64,000 nt of DNA, from contig NC_042997.1 of the NCBI RefSeq assembly GCF_006345805.1, positions 83,576,001 through 83,640,000 on the forward strand, written 5' to 3'. The notes beneath the pieces are model-generated. The model was not told the origin of the DNA, did not search any database, and worked only from the letters and a program-made list of their open reading frames with translations. Position 1 is the stretch's first letter. The number at the start of each line of letters is the position of its first letter. Positions 1 to 13,176 of the stretch are shown in pieces. A program made the position numbers and the translations under genes. Source of the DNA: Octopus sinensis. Its lineage: Eukaryota.

Positions 1-539
1 TCAATGTTTAAAAACTAGTTTTATAGATGCTTCTTTCAAAATTCCTATTTTGTTTTTACAAAATGTTTAGAGAAAGAAACCTTAGCTGTTTCTTGCAATA
101 CATACATTTAAACCCAAATTTTTTCATGGACCCTTAAAATACTACTGTGGATCCCCAATATACTATTTTGCTTACATGGACCCCCAGAAGTCTTATATGG
201 ACTCCTCAGGAGTCACATGAACCCTGGTTGTGAACCACTGATATAGAGACTGCTCTGCTGGCTCACAAAAGCTCTCTTTATCAGCTAGAATAGTTGATTG
301 AATTGAATCCAAGCACAAAACAAAATGCTGCTTCCTTGTTCTGGAACCTTATGTTCTGGGTACAAATGCCATTAAGGTCAGTTTTGCTTTTCCTTCTTCT
401 GAGGTCATTAAAATAAAGTACTAGTCCAGAGTGGAATAGTTAGAATATCATACGAAATGCCTTTGTGGTATTTGTTTTGGCTATGTGGCCTGACAGGTTA
501 AATGAACTTGTCAGTATCTAGCCAATGAGATGATATCTT

Positions 540-888
540 CTTTTATCTTTTATTTATTTCAATCCTTGGACTGCTTCCATGCTAGGGCATTGACCACCTT
601 GAAGGGTTTAAGTAAAAAAATCAACACTAGTACTCACTTTTTAAGTCTAGTGCTTATTCTATCAGCCATTTTTACTCAACTACTAGATAATGATGATGAT
701 GATGATATATAAACATGATGGGCTTCTTTCTCTTTCTGTCTACCAAATCCACTCACAAGGCTTTGATTGGTCTGGGGCTATAGTAGAAGACACTTGCCCA
801 AGGTGCCACATAGTGGGTCTGAAACCAGTATGCTATGTGTGTGGCTGTGAAAGTAAACTTGTTACCACACAGCCATGCCTGTGCCTTT
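540..888 (-). mobile_element. tRNA-headed SINE, family A (gactgaaacaagtaaaaga-type tail), diverged
   Basis: Reverse complement matches the young copy at 55622-56031 (head with A/B boxes, gcaagtgtcttctactatagc body, tail). Confidence 0.75.
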
Positions 889-1249
889 CTTGTAAACAAG
901 ACTGACATGAAGGCAACAGGACACCACAGAAATTCCATGAGAAGCACATGGTGGCTGTCAAAAAATTCCCCAGGGGTTCATTTGTCAATCTGATGGTATA
1001 GAAAGAAAGACATTACTGGTCTTGATATTACTGACATTGTAACAATGAATGTAAAAACTGCTTCTCCACAGCTATTCATGGGAGATTAAGACTAATTACA
1101 TATGTTGCTTCAAAAACACAGTTTTATAAGGAAGAGATACAGTTAATCTAATTGACCCTACTACTGTGTTAACAGTAGCTATTCTTTTATTAAGTTGACA
1201 GCAATTAAAGACTAAGCTGACTCAGTGGATTCCAACTAAACATAACCAT

Positions 1250-1445
1250 TTAGTAAATAATAATAATAATAATGATGATGATGGTGATAATAATAATAAT
1301 AATAACAATAATAATAATAATAATGATAATAATAATAATAATAAAAATGATAATGATGATAATAATAATAATAAAAATAATAATTATAATAATAATAATG
1401 ATAATAATAATAATAATGATGATAATAATAATAGTAGTAGTAGTA
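1250..1445. repeat. (AAT)n/(GAT)n trinucleotide microsatellite
   Basis: Direct reading; source of the poly-I and poly-Y ORFs. Confidence 0.95.
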
Positions 1446-2361
1446 GTAAAAGTACACAACTAAATACCAAGTCTGTCATGCATTGCTACTGACAAAAGAT
1501 TAATATTGATTGTTAAACATTTAAGTATTGATTTCTATCTAACACAACAGAAGATTAATATTAAAAAGAAAAAAAAAAATTAATCAGATAACTTTTTTCC
1601 TATTTCCATTATATTTTATAGCAATGAATTTTACAAAAGCAAAACAAAAACAAATAATTTTTTTCAAATTTAAAAGATTTCACTCATTATTTCACTTTTT
1701 CATGGATTTTGAATTTGTTTGTTGTTTTTCCTCCTCTCTTTTCTTTCTGGCTAAAGATATTTTATTGTCTTTATCTGTAATACTTTTAATTACTTCATGA
1801 AATACTTATTTTTATTACATATTCATAAATAGGTGGACAGAATAAATTGTTAGTTGGTTTCTTAGCTGAAGAGTTGTAAGAAGTTCTAATTACACTTTCC
1901 TGACCAATGTACTGAACATCTGGCCACAAAACACAACCTCAGGAAACTCGCCCAGCCTTGTAAAGCATACATAAAATGATAACGATAATCATTATCCTCC
2001 TAATCATCAATTAATGTCTGCATGGTTTGAGAGGCTCTGGTGAGCTGCAAGGCTGTATTGGGCTCTATTAGCAGTTTTAGCATGGTTTCTATGGCTGAAT
2101 GTCCTCCCTAATACCAACCACTTTACAGAGTGTATTGGCTGGCTCCTTTTTTATTTTAATTTTTGGTGCCATTGGCACTAGTGAGGTTACCAAGTAACTT
2201 GTAAGGCAGAAGAATGTGGAGAAGGAGAGGAAAACAATTTCCACTATTAGATGGGGAGTATTTGAGAGAAGGTGGCTTTATGCTGGATGCTGAAAGGCTA
2301 AAGTAAGATAGAAGGACAAGCACAGGTGTCTTGTTATATAGGAAATACATGGCTGCCCCTG

Positions 2362-2468
<107 letters not shown>

Positions 2469-3287
2469 AGAAGGGTGAAAGAAAGATCAAATCTATAATT
2501 TTGAATGTCATGTCCTTTAGAAATTATTGTTTACCATAACACATATATACACACACATGCATATTACATGTATACACACACACACACTGAGGTGAAATAT
2601 TCCTCTTGTACCAACTGGAGATTGCTCTCCAGTGAGGAGTCACAGCTCAAGTATACTTGTCATGATCTTGTAATATATTTTCTGTGAATTATGCAAGCAT
2701 TATTTTCAATATTTCAAGATTATTTGACAACACTCCCAAATTCTCAGGCTTCTTGTGGTTTGAATGATTTGAGAAATAGTGGAAAGGATTTTGTAAAGAT
2801 ATGGAATAATAATTGCTGTCCACTAAGAAGCTTGAAGTAATAGAAAATTGGTCAAATTGAAGAATAATATAATATAAAACAAGTATACACATACATAATT
2901 GATACACAATTAGATATATAATATATACAATAATATACATAATAAATGTATAATATAAATATGCCTATGTTTATATACTGACCCCAAACACTTCACTGGA
3001 TGTGGTGGAGATTACTCTCTCAAAGCACCAGGTGTTAAAACACATGAAAGTCATGAACAGGTGGGACATTTCACCTTGAATCCCATTCAGGGGTGATGGG
3101 CTTTGATGTTTTGCTATTTTTGAGGCTTATCAACATCACGTACCTGAGTCGATTTAGAGGTGAATAGACTGCCAGTCTATGATTTATATGCAAGTAGTGT
3201 GAAAACTATATGGCATGCCTGGACAATGTATATGTAAGAATAAATTCAAATATGAAATTTCTTCGAGAATTATATAATTTTGATTAA

Positions 3288-4553
3288 TATCTAGTTTAAC
3301 AATTGGGCACCAAAACAAAAAAAAGTGTAATAGGTGTAAAAAAAATGTGTAGCAAATGAATCTGAAAACCAAAATTTACACAAATGAACTGGAGGGTGGC
3401 GAGAGGACTTTCTGAAAATTCACATGATCTGATTTTTTCCCTCATAACTTTCAGGAAAAAAAGGGTATCTTTTAATGAAATTTTATATAAATACCTTTCT
3501 AATGGCATTGATTAGAATTATAAAGAAATTTGTGGAGAAAAATTTTTTTCTGGGGGTGGGGAGAGGAGTTTCAGGGAAACGGAGTTTCGGATCAAGAAAA
3601 CCACATAAGCTGAAATTTTTCCATTTTGATGGGGATTTTTCCAATTGTTTTTCACCACAGCCTTCGAAAAGATGGGGAGCATCTTTTTATGAAAAAACAG
3701 TTTGGAAAATTTATGATTTTTTTACTGTCCTTCCCACTTAATGATGATACCAATAGACCACATGTGTGCTCCATTAGTAGGATATAAGCATTAAAAAAAT
3801 GGTAATTAAAATGTTTACCCCCTTTTCTAACAGAAAAGTATGCTATTAAAATGAATTATCTTTTACATACCTATTTTTTAAAAATCACTGTGGATAAATG
3901 CCAGAAATGACCTCAGGCTCTCCAATATTTTAAATTATAAACAGAAACAATTTGGGGCGGGGAGTAGAGTTTAAAAAAAAATCATAAATTTTCAAATTTT
4001 TTTTATAGTGTTGATGGGGAGAAAAAATATTGAAAAACATCAATACATGCAAGAGTGAAAAAGAAACAAGGAAGGTTGACTTGGGATGTGCTAGAAACGA
4101 CAGCCAAATTTCCCTTAAATCACACTTTTTCTTCTGAAAATATTTACAATTTTTTTTTTTCTACTGAAAGGCTCCTCCCATAATTTTTAAGTGCAAAACA
4201 TTGGCCAAAATCGGTCCGGACGGTTGATGGGGGAGTAACAAAAACGAACTTATGTGGTCTTCCTGATCCGAAACTCCTCTCCCCACCCCCGGAAAAAATT
4301 TTCCTCACAAATTTCTTTATAATAGTATTCTATGCCGTTTGAAAGGTATTTACACAAAAGTTCATTAAAAGATATTCATTTTCCTGAAAGTTACGAGGGA
4401 AAAAACTGGGTCGTGTGAATTTTCCGAATGTCCTCCCCCTCCCCCCCCTAGTTCGTTTGTGCAAATTTTGATTTTCAGATTTATTTACTACACATTTTTT
4501 TTACACCTATTACACTATTTTTTTGTTTTGGTGGCCGGGTGTTAAACTAGATA
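3288..4553. mobile_element. Non-autonomous DNA element with long imperfect terminal inverted repeats (foldback/MITE-like), TTAA-flanked
   Basis: 3288-~3620 is the diverged reverse complement of ~4235-4553 (tatctagtttaaca...gtgtaataggtgtaaaaaaaatgtgtag...). TTAA at 3284-3287 and 4554-4557. No transposase ORF. Confidence 0.75.
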
Positions 4554-5544
4554 TTAACCATAATTTTTTAAGTGTTAATTGATTCTGCTAATTCAGTTTT
4601 GAATCTCAGCTGGAATCAGTTTCTACGTATCACTTCGTTAAAGACACTGAAAAACGAAACGAACGGTTACAATATTGAAAACGTGATTTTTCTTACAAAC
4701 TTTAGCTTTCGTTCATATAGGAGAAATAAGTCAGAAAGAGTTATCTCCCTTACACCCTATATACACGCTAAGCCATTCACGTATACTTAAATATAAATAC
4801 ATAGGATCGCAGGGAGGCATGCACGTGCACACACGCAGGGGCGCGCGCACACACACACAGGTACGCATGTCTGCACACACATGCAAACATATAGGACGGA
4901 CGCATGCACACACACACACAAAAATACATGGGTACGCGTACACACATACATACACTCACATTTCTTCTTCACTTAAAACAGCTTCCGTTGGTGTGCAGGT
5001 TGAGTATATGCTGAGCAAAATACGAATCTTGTTGCAATTCCAGGTGTTTAACTTGCTTTATCTTTTAATCATTCACTTGATTCTGGAGCATCACCTTGAA
5101 GAATTTCAGTTGAAGAAGTCTATCTCAGAACTTATTTTTTAAGTTTGCTACTTGCTTCTATCAGTTTCTTTTGCCAGGCCAGTACGTTATAGGGCCATAC
5201 ACAAACCAGCACCGGTTGTCCAACAGTCGTTGGAGGAGTGCACTGACACAAACACAAAGACACACACAAATATTTACACGTTGGGTTTCCACAAAGTTTC
5301 CACCTACCAAATTCATTCACAAAACATTGATCGACATGGAGTTATAGTAGTAGACATTTTGCCCAAGGTGCCATGCAGTGAGATTGAACTCAAAACCACA
5401 TGGTTGCAAAGTAAGTTTCTTAACCACACTGTCATGCCCGTGCCAACATACTTATAAAATTGATGAACATAACATGTTCTTGGATACCTGTCTATAAATC
5501 CAAGGCCTTGTTTCTCAATAGGTAATCAATATTGAAGAATGGTG

Positions 5545-6010
5545 TCGAACTGGCAGAATCATTAGCATGCTGGGCAAAATGCTTAGTAAGCATTTCACCT
5601 GTCTTTACATTATGAGTTCAAATGCTGCGAGGTTGATTTTGCTTTTCATTCTTTTGGAGTCGATAAAATAAGTCGATAAATAAGCACGTAAAATACACCA
5701 ATCCGACCGTGGCCGTTGCCAGCCTCGCCTGGCACCTGTGCAGGTGGCACGTAAAAAGCACCCACTACACTCACGGAGTGGTTGGTGTTAGGAAGGGCAT
5801 CCAGCTGTAGAAACATTGCCAGATAAGACTGGAGCCTGGTGCAGCCTTCTGGCTTCCCAGATCCCCGGTCGAACAGTCCAACCCATGCTAGCATGGAGAA
5901 CGGACGTTAAACGATGATGATGATGATGATGATGAGTACTGAGATCGATGTAACTGACTGACTCACTCCACCAAAACTGCTGGCCTTGTGCCAACATTTG
6001 AAACCAATAT
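5545..6010 (+). mobile_element. tRNA-headed SINE family C interrupted by an RTE 3'-tail insertion
   Basis: Head tggcagaatcattagca...gagttcaaat; body resumes after 5935 with gtactgagatcgatgtaact...ggccttgtgccaacatttgaaacc. Confidence 0.65.
5684..5935 (+). mobile_element. 5'-truncated RTE LINE 3' end with (GAT)n tail
   Basis: ggcacgtaaaaagcacccactacactc...aggaagggcatccagctgtagaaac...ggacgttaaacgatgatg; the same sequence follows RT coding DNA at 57000-57205. Confidence 0.8.
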
Positions 6011-6412
6011 TAATATTGAAGAAGGAAACAAGACGAAACAAAACACAACTCTGACTTCTTTTAGGAGGAAAATGTTTAGCTTGTATTCATGTAAATAATG
6101 ACAATGATAAGCGATGAGAATGGCAATGATGACTGCATGTTCATAGAAGTATACTTTTTTATAGCCTGGCATGTGTATACAATTGTTCTTACTTTGTGGA
6201 AACCTATTCATAGCTAGGTGGACTGATCAACTTTTGGGAGAAAATTTCAGTAAAGACTCCTGCAATTTTGGTTACTTCTCAGCTACCTAATATATATGGT
6301 CAAATTTATAACCTGCTTGGTGAAAGTAGTAGAGTGCTTACTAGGCAAGCAAGAGATATGTTGTTCGACTACAATTGGTTGAAAGCTTCCATTACCTCTG
6401 GCACCTAATTAA

Positions 6413-6632
6413 CCCTTTTGTTACTGTATTTATTTTGAGATGTTCTGTGTTTCTTTCAATTACTTTAAATATAATAAAGAATTTAGTAAAATAACTTGGT
6501 TATCATTCAGCTAGTGTTAAGAACATAAATTGCGACTAAGGTTTGGTGGAAAATTTTAATTCAAAACTTATGAAAACAAGACATTTATACTCAGAGTCAG
6601 AGTCGGTTTCAGCCAGGTTAGTAATGAAAGGG
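6413..6632. mobile_element. piggyBac-type MITE (220 bp)
   Basis: TTAA at 6409-6412 and 6633-6636; CCC/GGG termini; short TIR cccttttgttac / gtaatgaaaggg. Confidence 0.7.
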
Positions 6633-7139
6633 TTAAGTAGTGAAAGTTTGTATTCCAAAATCATAATGACTACAGTAAGAATTACCAGAGTGAAAGGTAG
6701 ATCGTATGATGTTTGTATAGAAAGTGTGATACATCAAGGTAGTGAGACATGTGGGAGATTTGCAATGGTTAGAAAGAAATGAACTCAGCATGTTCAACAT
6801 GCATAATTTGGGCATCAGTCTCCCTTCTGTTTGTATTTTCAGTTACACTGTCTTCAGTGTAACAAGCATAATATTAGAATCTATGAACAACAGAACATCA
6901 ATTAGTTGAGAGAAGAGCTGAATATAAGAGAGCAACGTAAAAGTTATAAGAAAATAAGGTGTAATGTGCAATGTGTTGTGAGATAGTGATTCTTTGTAGA
7001 GGATGTCACTTGATATGGATGGAACCTGTAGAAGATATGGAATGAAATGATGAAAACTAACTTCAAGAAACTGAACCTCAGAAAGTGAATAACAAAGGAT
7101 AGACAAGTGACAACATGTAACACTGATGTAAGCATTTTA

Positions 7140-7180
<41 letters not shown>

Positions 7181-7814
7181 CTTGAGCATGATACATGTGT
7201 ATGTGTACATGATCATCAGTTTTATGTACACGTCCAAGCTTACTAGGGTTAGATGCATTTTTTCTAACATAGCACCTCAGCATCTCTCACATTTATTTGT
7301 CATCTCTTTTGTGAAGTTCAGCATCCTTAGAGATGTTTTTACTACTTTTTCCTTGTGTCTTCCATAGGATTGCTCTTCCTCACTTTCTTCCACCTGGATC
7401 CTCTGGCACCACTTACCCATCTGTTATCATCCATATGCATTACACAACCATAGCAATGCAGTCATCAGTCTTGCACACTACATTTAATTCCACTCATCCT
7501 CACCTTAACTCTTAGCTCATCTGTACCACACTGTTCATGCACATTAACATTACACAACCAGTGGAGCATGTTTGCTTCATTTCTCTCCAGTCTTTGCACA
7601 ACCTTTGCATGCAATGCTCAGGTTTCACAGAATGCAAGATACCTTTTGTTTAAAAAGAGAGAATCCCTTTGTTGCCAACTGTTGATAACTTTTAGAACAT
7701 TTTTACTTTGTTGTTCTGGTTATTACATTTTTAGAGCACCACACACATTCTCTCTCCCTCTCTTTCACACTATGATAATAATATACGCGCATATGAATAT
7801 GTGTGTGTGTGTGT

Positions 7815-8230
7815 ATCTTTTATCTTTGGTCGTTTACTAATTTCAGTCATTAGACTGTGGCCATACTGGGGCACTGCCTTGAATTTTTTAGTCAAATGAA
7901 TAATCCACAGTATTTATTTTTTAAGCCTGGTACTTATTCTATCAGTCTCTTTTGCTTTGTTAAACTGCTAAGTTACGGGGATGTAAACACACCAACACTG
8001 ATTGACAAGTGGTGGTGGTGGGACAAACACAGACAGAAAGACACACACACACACACACATACATATATATATATGATGAACTTCTTTCAGTTTCAGTCTA
8101 CCAAATCTACTCACAAGACTTTGGTTGGCCCAAGGTTATATAATAGAAGACACTTGTTGAAGCTGCCATGCAATGGGATTGAACTTGGAACCATGTGATT
8201 GGTAAGCAAGCTTCTTACCACACAGCCACG
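7815..8230 (-). mobile_element. SINE family A, near full length
   Basis: Tail, internal (CA)n/(TA)n and head colinear with 55622-56031. Confidence 0.8.
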
Positions 8231-8244
8231 TTAAGTGCATATAA

Positions 8245-8510
8245 CCTAGTGGTGCGGGTGTTGCACTAACAATCACAAGATCATGGTTTCAAATCATTCC
8301 TACACCAAGTAGTATGTTGTGTTCTTGAGCAAAACACTTCATCTCACATTGCTCTGCAATCACTTTGACATCTAACATGTGGTAAAATGTGCACCTGTTC
8401 AGGCAACGTTGATTTGATGGAGGGAGTAAGTTAATGTACAACACAAACATTTGATCACTATAAACAAATCATTTGTGCAGGTTGTTCAGCAACAAATCGC
8501 AGAACCATCT
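8245..8510 (+). mobile_element. tRNA-headed CORE-type SINE with a different tail, diverged
   Basis: gttgtgttcttgagcaaaacactt...tcacatt shared with the 9032 SINE; degraded tRNA-like head. Confidence 0.5.
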
Positions 8511-8540
8511 TTCTCAGACTACGAGAGACTACAATCATCA

Positions 8541-8578
<38 letters not shown>

Positions 8579-8596
8579 ATATATATATATATGTAT

Positions 8597-8808
8597 AACG
8601 CCATGTTGGACTGTTAGTTCCTATAAGCATTTTTTCTCTCCTTGTTTCTCTCCGTGTTTCTTTTCTGTGTATCTTTCTGTCGAAGAGCGTAGGCTCGAAA
8701 CATAAAAGACTTGTTTTATTTCTATTCCTGAGCACCATACTAATACAATTGTTTGTTTGTACTCCACCTGCCTTCGTCTTTTGTTTATTTTCGTAAACCT
8801 TCCCGTTA
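8597..8808 (+). mobile_element. Solo fragment of the Penelope-like terminal repeat
   Basis: Near-identical to 48950-49161; ends ...ttcccgtta running into (TA)n. Confidence 0.85.
8672..8709 (+). ncRNA. Minimal type-I hammerhead-like motif (variant core CUGUCGA; stem III mutated)
   Basis: TCTTT-CTGTCGA-A-GAGC-gtag-GCTC-GAAAC-ATA-AAAGA. Confidence 0.55.
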
Positions 8809-8939
8809 TATATATATATATATATATATATAAAACTACACACACATATATATACACATATATACACACACACACATATATATATATACATACACACACA
8901 TATATATATATATATATAAAATTACACACACATATATAT

Positions 8940-8986
<47 letters not shown>

Positions 8987-9031
8987 AAACTACACATAAG
9001 ATATATATATCTTTATACATGTGTGAGTGAA

Positions 9032-9286
9032 GGTGCATGGCTCAGTGGTTAGAGTGTCAGGCTCACAATCATGAGGTAGTGAGTTCGATTCCTGGACCAG
9101 GCTGTGTTGTGTTCTTGAGCAAAACACTTTATTTCACATTACTTCAGTTCATTCATCTGTAGAAATGAGTTGCAACATCACAGCCAAGATGTATTGGCCT
9201 TGCCTTTTACTTGGATAACAACAGTGGCATGGAGAGGAAGGCTGGTATGCATGGGCAACTGCTGGTCTTGCATAAACAACCATGCC
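9032..9286 (+). mobile_element. Ceph-type SINE (tRNA head + CORE-like body + RTE 5'-derived segment)
   Basis: A box tggctcagtgg and B box gttcgattcc; CORE-like ttcttgagcaaaacacttt...catctgtagaaatgagt; 9211-9240 resembles 40431-40460 in the RTE 5'UTR-like sequence. Confidence 0.7.
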
Positions 9287-9999
9287 TTTCTAAGTGCAAT
9301 CCCATGGTCATTCATGACTGAAGGGGGTTTTTACTCATTTTTTATACGTATGTGTACATGTTTGTGTGTATTGTACAAAACTCATTTCGATAGATTTTAA
9401 TTTGGTTTTTCTCTCTGTGTATTGAGTACCCTCAACAGTAATTGTTTTGTTGTTTTGTTATTCTCAAAATTGTTTAAAAATAATAATCTTAATTAAACAC
9501 ACAGAATCCACATCCTCTGATGGAAAACATCAAGAATAAGAAAAGAGAGATTGATGCTTGTAGGATGGCTAAGGAATGATAAATGGATGCTTAATATATT
9601 GCATATATGTCGCATATAAAGTGTGATGAAAGAATGTCCTGTCGTTAGGTATATGAAATGTAACGGGGTGTAGATTTAAAGGACAGGGTAGACTTCATGT
9701 ACAACATTGATAGAAACTGCAAATAATAATAATAAAAACAATAATGATCATGCCAAATTTTGGCACAAGGCCAGCAATTTCGGGGGAGAGGTTAAGTCAA
9801 TTACAGTGCTTGATTGGTACTTATTTTATTGACCCCAAAAGGGATGAAAAGTCAGCTTTGGCAGAATTCAGACTCAGAATGTAAAGATGGACAAAATGCT
9901 GTTAAGCATTTTGACTAGCATGCTAACGATTCTGCAGCTCGCCACCTAAATAATAATAATGATAATAATAATATTAAAAATAGTAATAACAATAATAAA

Positions 10000-10039
<40 letters not shown>

Positions 10040-10082
10040 GTTTCAAATTTTGCCACAAGGGCAACAAGTTTGGGGGAGGAGG

Positions 10083-10261
10083 TAGCACACCAGGCAAAAA
10101 TGCTTAGCAGTATTTTGTCCATCTTTACGTTCTGAGTTCAAATACCACTCTGGTGGGCTTTGCCTATCAAAGGATGAAAGGCAAAGCCCACCAGAGTGGT
10201 ATTTGAACTCAGAATGTAAAGATGGACAAAATACTGCTAAGCATTTTTGCCTGGTGTGCTA
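10083..10261. repeat. 83-bp inverted duplication (fold-back) of a SINE family C fragment, 13-bp spacer
   Basis: 10083-10165 is the reverse complement of 10179-10261 with 1 mismatch. Confidence 0.9.
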
Positions 10262-10952
10262 ACAATTCTTCCAGCTCTCTGCCTTACTACTAATGATAAT
10301 AATCCTTTCTACTAAAGGCACAAGGCCTGAAATTTTGGGGGAGGGGACTAGTCGATCACATCAAACCCCAGTGTTTTACTGTTACAGATTTATTAAAGAG
10401 AACCTTCGACAAATTGTATTCTGGCCTTGACCATCCTGTCTGATTTTTATATGTTTGATACTACATTGATAAGTGGTACCTTTCTTTTCTTAAGATGGCA
10501 GGGATTGATTTGAGAAAGATTTGATTGCTATTTCTGGCAGGTTGTGTAACTATGTAAAGACCTTTTTGTTGGCTCAGTTGTAGACTATAACAAAGTGTGA
10601 TGTGATAAGAGAGTTATATCAATACCAGCAGTGTAAGGAATGTCTGTGTGGTTATTAAATGTGTTTCTCAATCACATGGCTTTGGGTTCCATCCTACTGC
10701 ATGGCATCGCGCGTGCGTGTGTGTGTTGATGAAGCTAACAAACAGAAATCTGGATCTTGGCAGCCTTTGCCTGATGCTGATATTTCTGTATTTTTGTTTT
10801 TTTCCTAAAAACTCTAAATCTATAAGAGATACTTTTCTCAAGATGAGTATTGCAGTTTAAAAGGCTTTCAGCACATGCACACAGTATGTATAAAAATTGC
10901 TAATTTTGAAGTAATACTGCTTCCATGACTAATAATGAATGATGATGATGGT

Positions 10953-11111
10953 ACAGGCATGGTTGTGTGGTAAGAAACTTGCTTCCCAACAACATGATTC
11001 TGGGTTCACTCTCACTGTGTGGCATCTTGGACAAGTGTCTTTTACTATATATAGCCTTGGGTTGACCAAAGCCTTCTGAGAGGAGTTCGTAAATGGAAAC
11101 TGAAAGAAGCC

Positions 11112-11153
<42 letters not shown>

Positions 11154-11385
11154 GTGTGTGTGTGTATCTTTCTGTCTGTGTTTGTCCCCCTACCACTGCT
11201 TAACAACCAATGTTGGTGTGTTTACGTCCCTGTGACCTAGCAGTTTGCAAAAAGAGACTAATAGAGTAAGTACCAGGCTCAGAAATAAAATAAGTACTGG
11301 GGTTGATTTATTCAACTAAAAAAAATTCTTCAGGCATGACTGCAGTCTAATGACCAGAACAAGTAAAATATAGAAAAGATAAAAG
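10953..11385 (+). mobile_element. SINE family A, full length
   Basis: Head, (TA)n middle and tail colinear with 55622-56031. Confidence 0.8.
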
Positions 11386-12022
11386 ATGATGAGAATGTTG
11401 ACTCTGGATGGAAATCATTTCATCGTTATCTTAAATTTGGTTGGGATTTAGCTGCTGATAAAGGTTTCATTGTTACATTGAGCAGATTGAGTGGCTATGA
11501 AGGATGTCAGCCATTGGCCTAATATCAATATGTTTATGTTTTTATGAGATGGCGGGAGAGAAAAAGAAGATAGACAGATAGAATAATAAGTGGAGGTGGT
11601 GGTAGTGATGGTGATGGTGGTGGAGGTAGAACCATAAGGAAATAGTATTTGGATTCATCTGGGAGGTCTCTCAGGTCTCTTAAACCCGGAATGTCAGACT
11701 TGATCTAAGACACACCCCAGCAGGCTGTTTGTTGTGAAAGCTTAACCTTCCATTAAGACACCCTGTAACTTAACTGATGTGTCTCATTTCTGTGTAAACT
11801 TCAGCTAACCACTGATTGCATATTATGACAAAAAAATAAAATCTCTTATTTCACGGGTCACCTTCAGATTATGCATTTTCTTTTGATGTATGTGTGATGT
11901 GTATGTATGTATGTTTTATGTGTGTGAGTGTAATATGTACACACACAAACACATCAATGTCTTTATATATGTGTATATATATATATATCTATGTATGTCT
12001 TTATATATATATATGTATGTAT

Positions 12023-12064
<42 letters not shown>

Positions 12065-12095
12065 TTATATGTATATATATATATATATATTATAT

Positions 12096-12140
<45 letters not shown>

Positions 12141-12723
12141 TTATATGTATATATACATGCACAAACACACACACACACACACACACAAATATAAGTCTGA
12201 TAAGGCCAATGATTGGTGAAACTGTCACCACTTTTCAATGTGAAAATAAACACCACAGTCTTCCATTATGCATTGAATGTTTCTTCAGTTCACATCTGAT
12301 TGCCTTAATGTATATATTTATAAAATAAACACATACACCAACACACTTCATTATCATCATCATCACCACCAACATTTTATATCTGCTTTCCATGCTGGCA
12401 TGAGGTGAATGGATTATCATGGTCTTTGTGAGTTTTTATCAGGAGTTACTGTCCTCCCTGGCTGGTATTACTTATTTGTTTCATTTTGGCTGGTTTCTAT
12501 GGCCAGATACCCTTCCTACTACCAAAAATTTAACAGAATATACTGGGTAACATTTTTATCATGGCACCAGCATTAGAGAGCTTGTCCTAACCTTGGCAAG
12601 ACAAGACTAAAGAGTTCACTTGACCCTATGCTTTTTCCGCTTCTTCACTAATCAATTTGCCAAATTTACTAGGTGCATTTTATTAGGGCACCAGCAGTAA
12701 GTTATTGTGAGACAACTCAGTGC

Positions 12724-13176
12724 TCACAACCTGCCAGGTGTGCAAAAGCTAACTTGGAGCCAGAAGTTCATGTCAATACCTAAGTCTCGAGCTATGACCC
12801 TTGTATTCGGGAACTGCAGCCCTATCTTTTCATAGAGCCCTGTCTGCCTTTGTACTTCATTCTCAGTATTCAATACTAAACACATCCAATTGCATGTCCT
12901 GCTCCTGTTGTGGGAGAATACAACCTATCACGCATTGGTGATGACTCCCTTTAATTCCTCATTTGAAGGCATATGAAAACTCACTTTTTCTTTTCCCCCA
13001 TACTCTTTTACCTGGAGTTTACCTATATCTAATATCTCATTTTGGCTTCCAGCACTGGCAAACGATGAGCTGCTGCTATAGTCAATGTTGGTACTTTTGC
13101 TATTATCATTTAAGTTAGTACCTTCAATACTTTCCTTTAACTGTTTGACCTCTTTATCTGTTTGTTCAATTTTCAT
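12724..13176 (-). pseudogene. Decayed ORF of unknown origin (possibly retroelement ORF1-like)
   Basis: 82-codon ORF (MKIEQTDKEVKQLKE...) ends in TGA TAG; the same frame then stays open for 66 more codons to 12724. Non-repetitive composition. Confidence 0.3.

Noticed and set aside
1236-1463. Poly-Tyr/Ile ORFs, and the many YIYI/CVCV/HTHT/SLSL ORFs across the window
   Set aside because: They are translations of (AAT)n, (TA)n, (CA)n and (AG)n microsatellites with no coding signal.
5646-5894. Recurring ORFs containing [13 protein letters not shown] (also 26036, 28390, 29906, 30206, 53030)
   Set aside because: Antisense translation of the non-coding RTE 3' tail.
9032-9100. tRNA-like sequence with A and B boxes
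   Set aside because: Acceptor and anticodon stems do not pair, and it continues into a CORE-like SINE body; it is a SINE head, not a tRNA gene.
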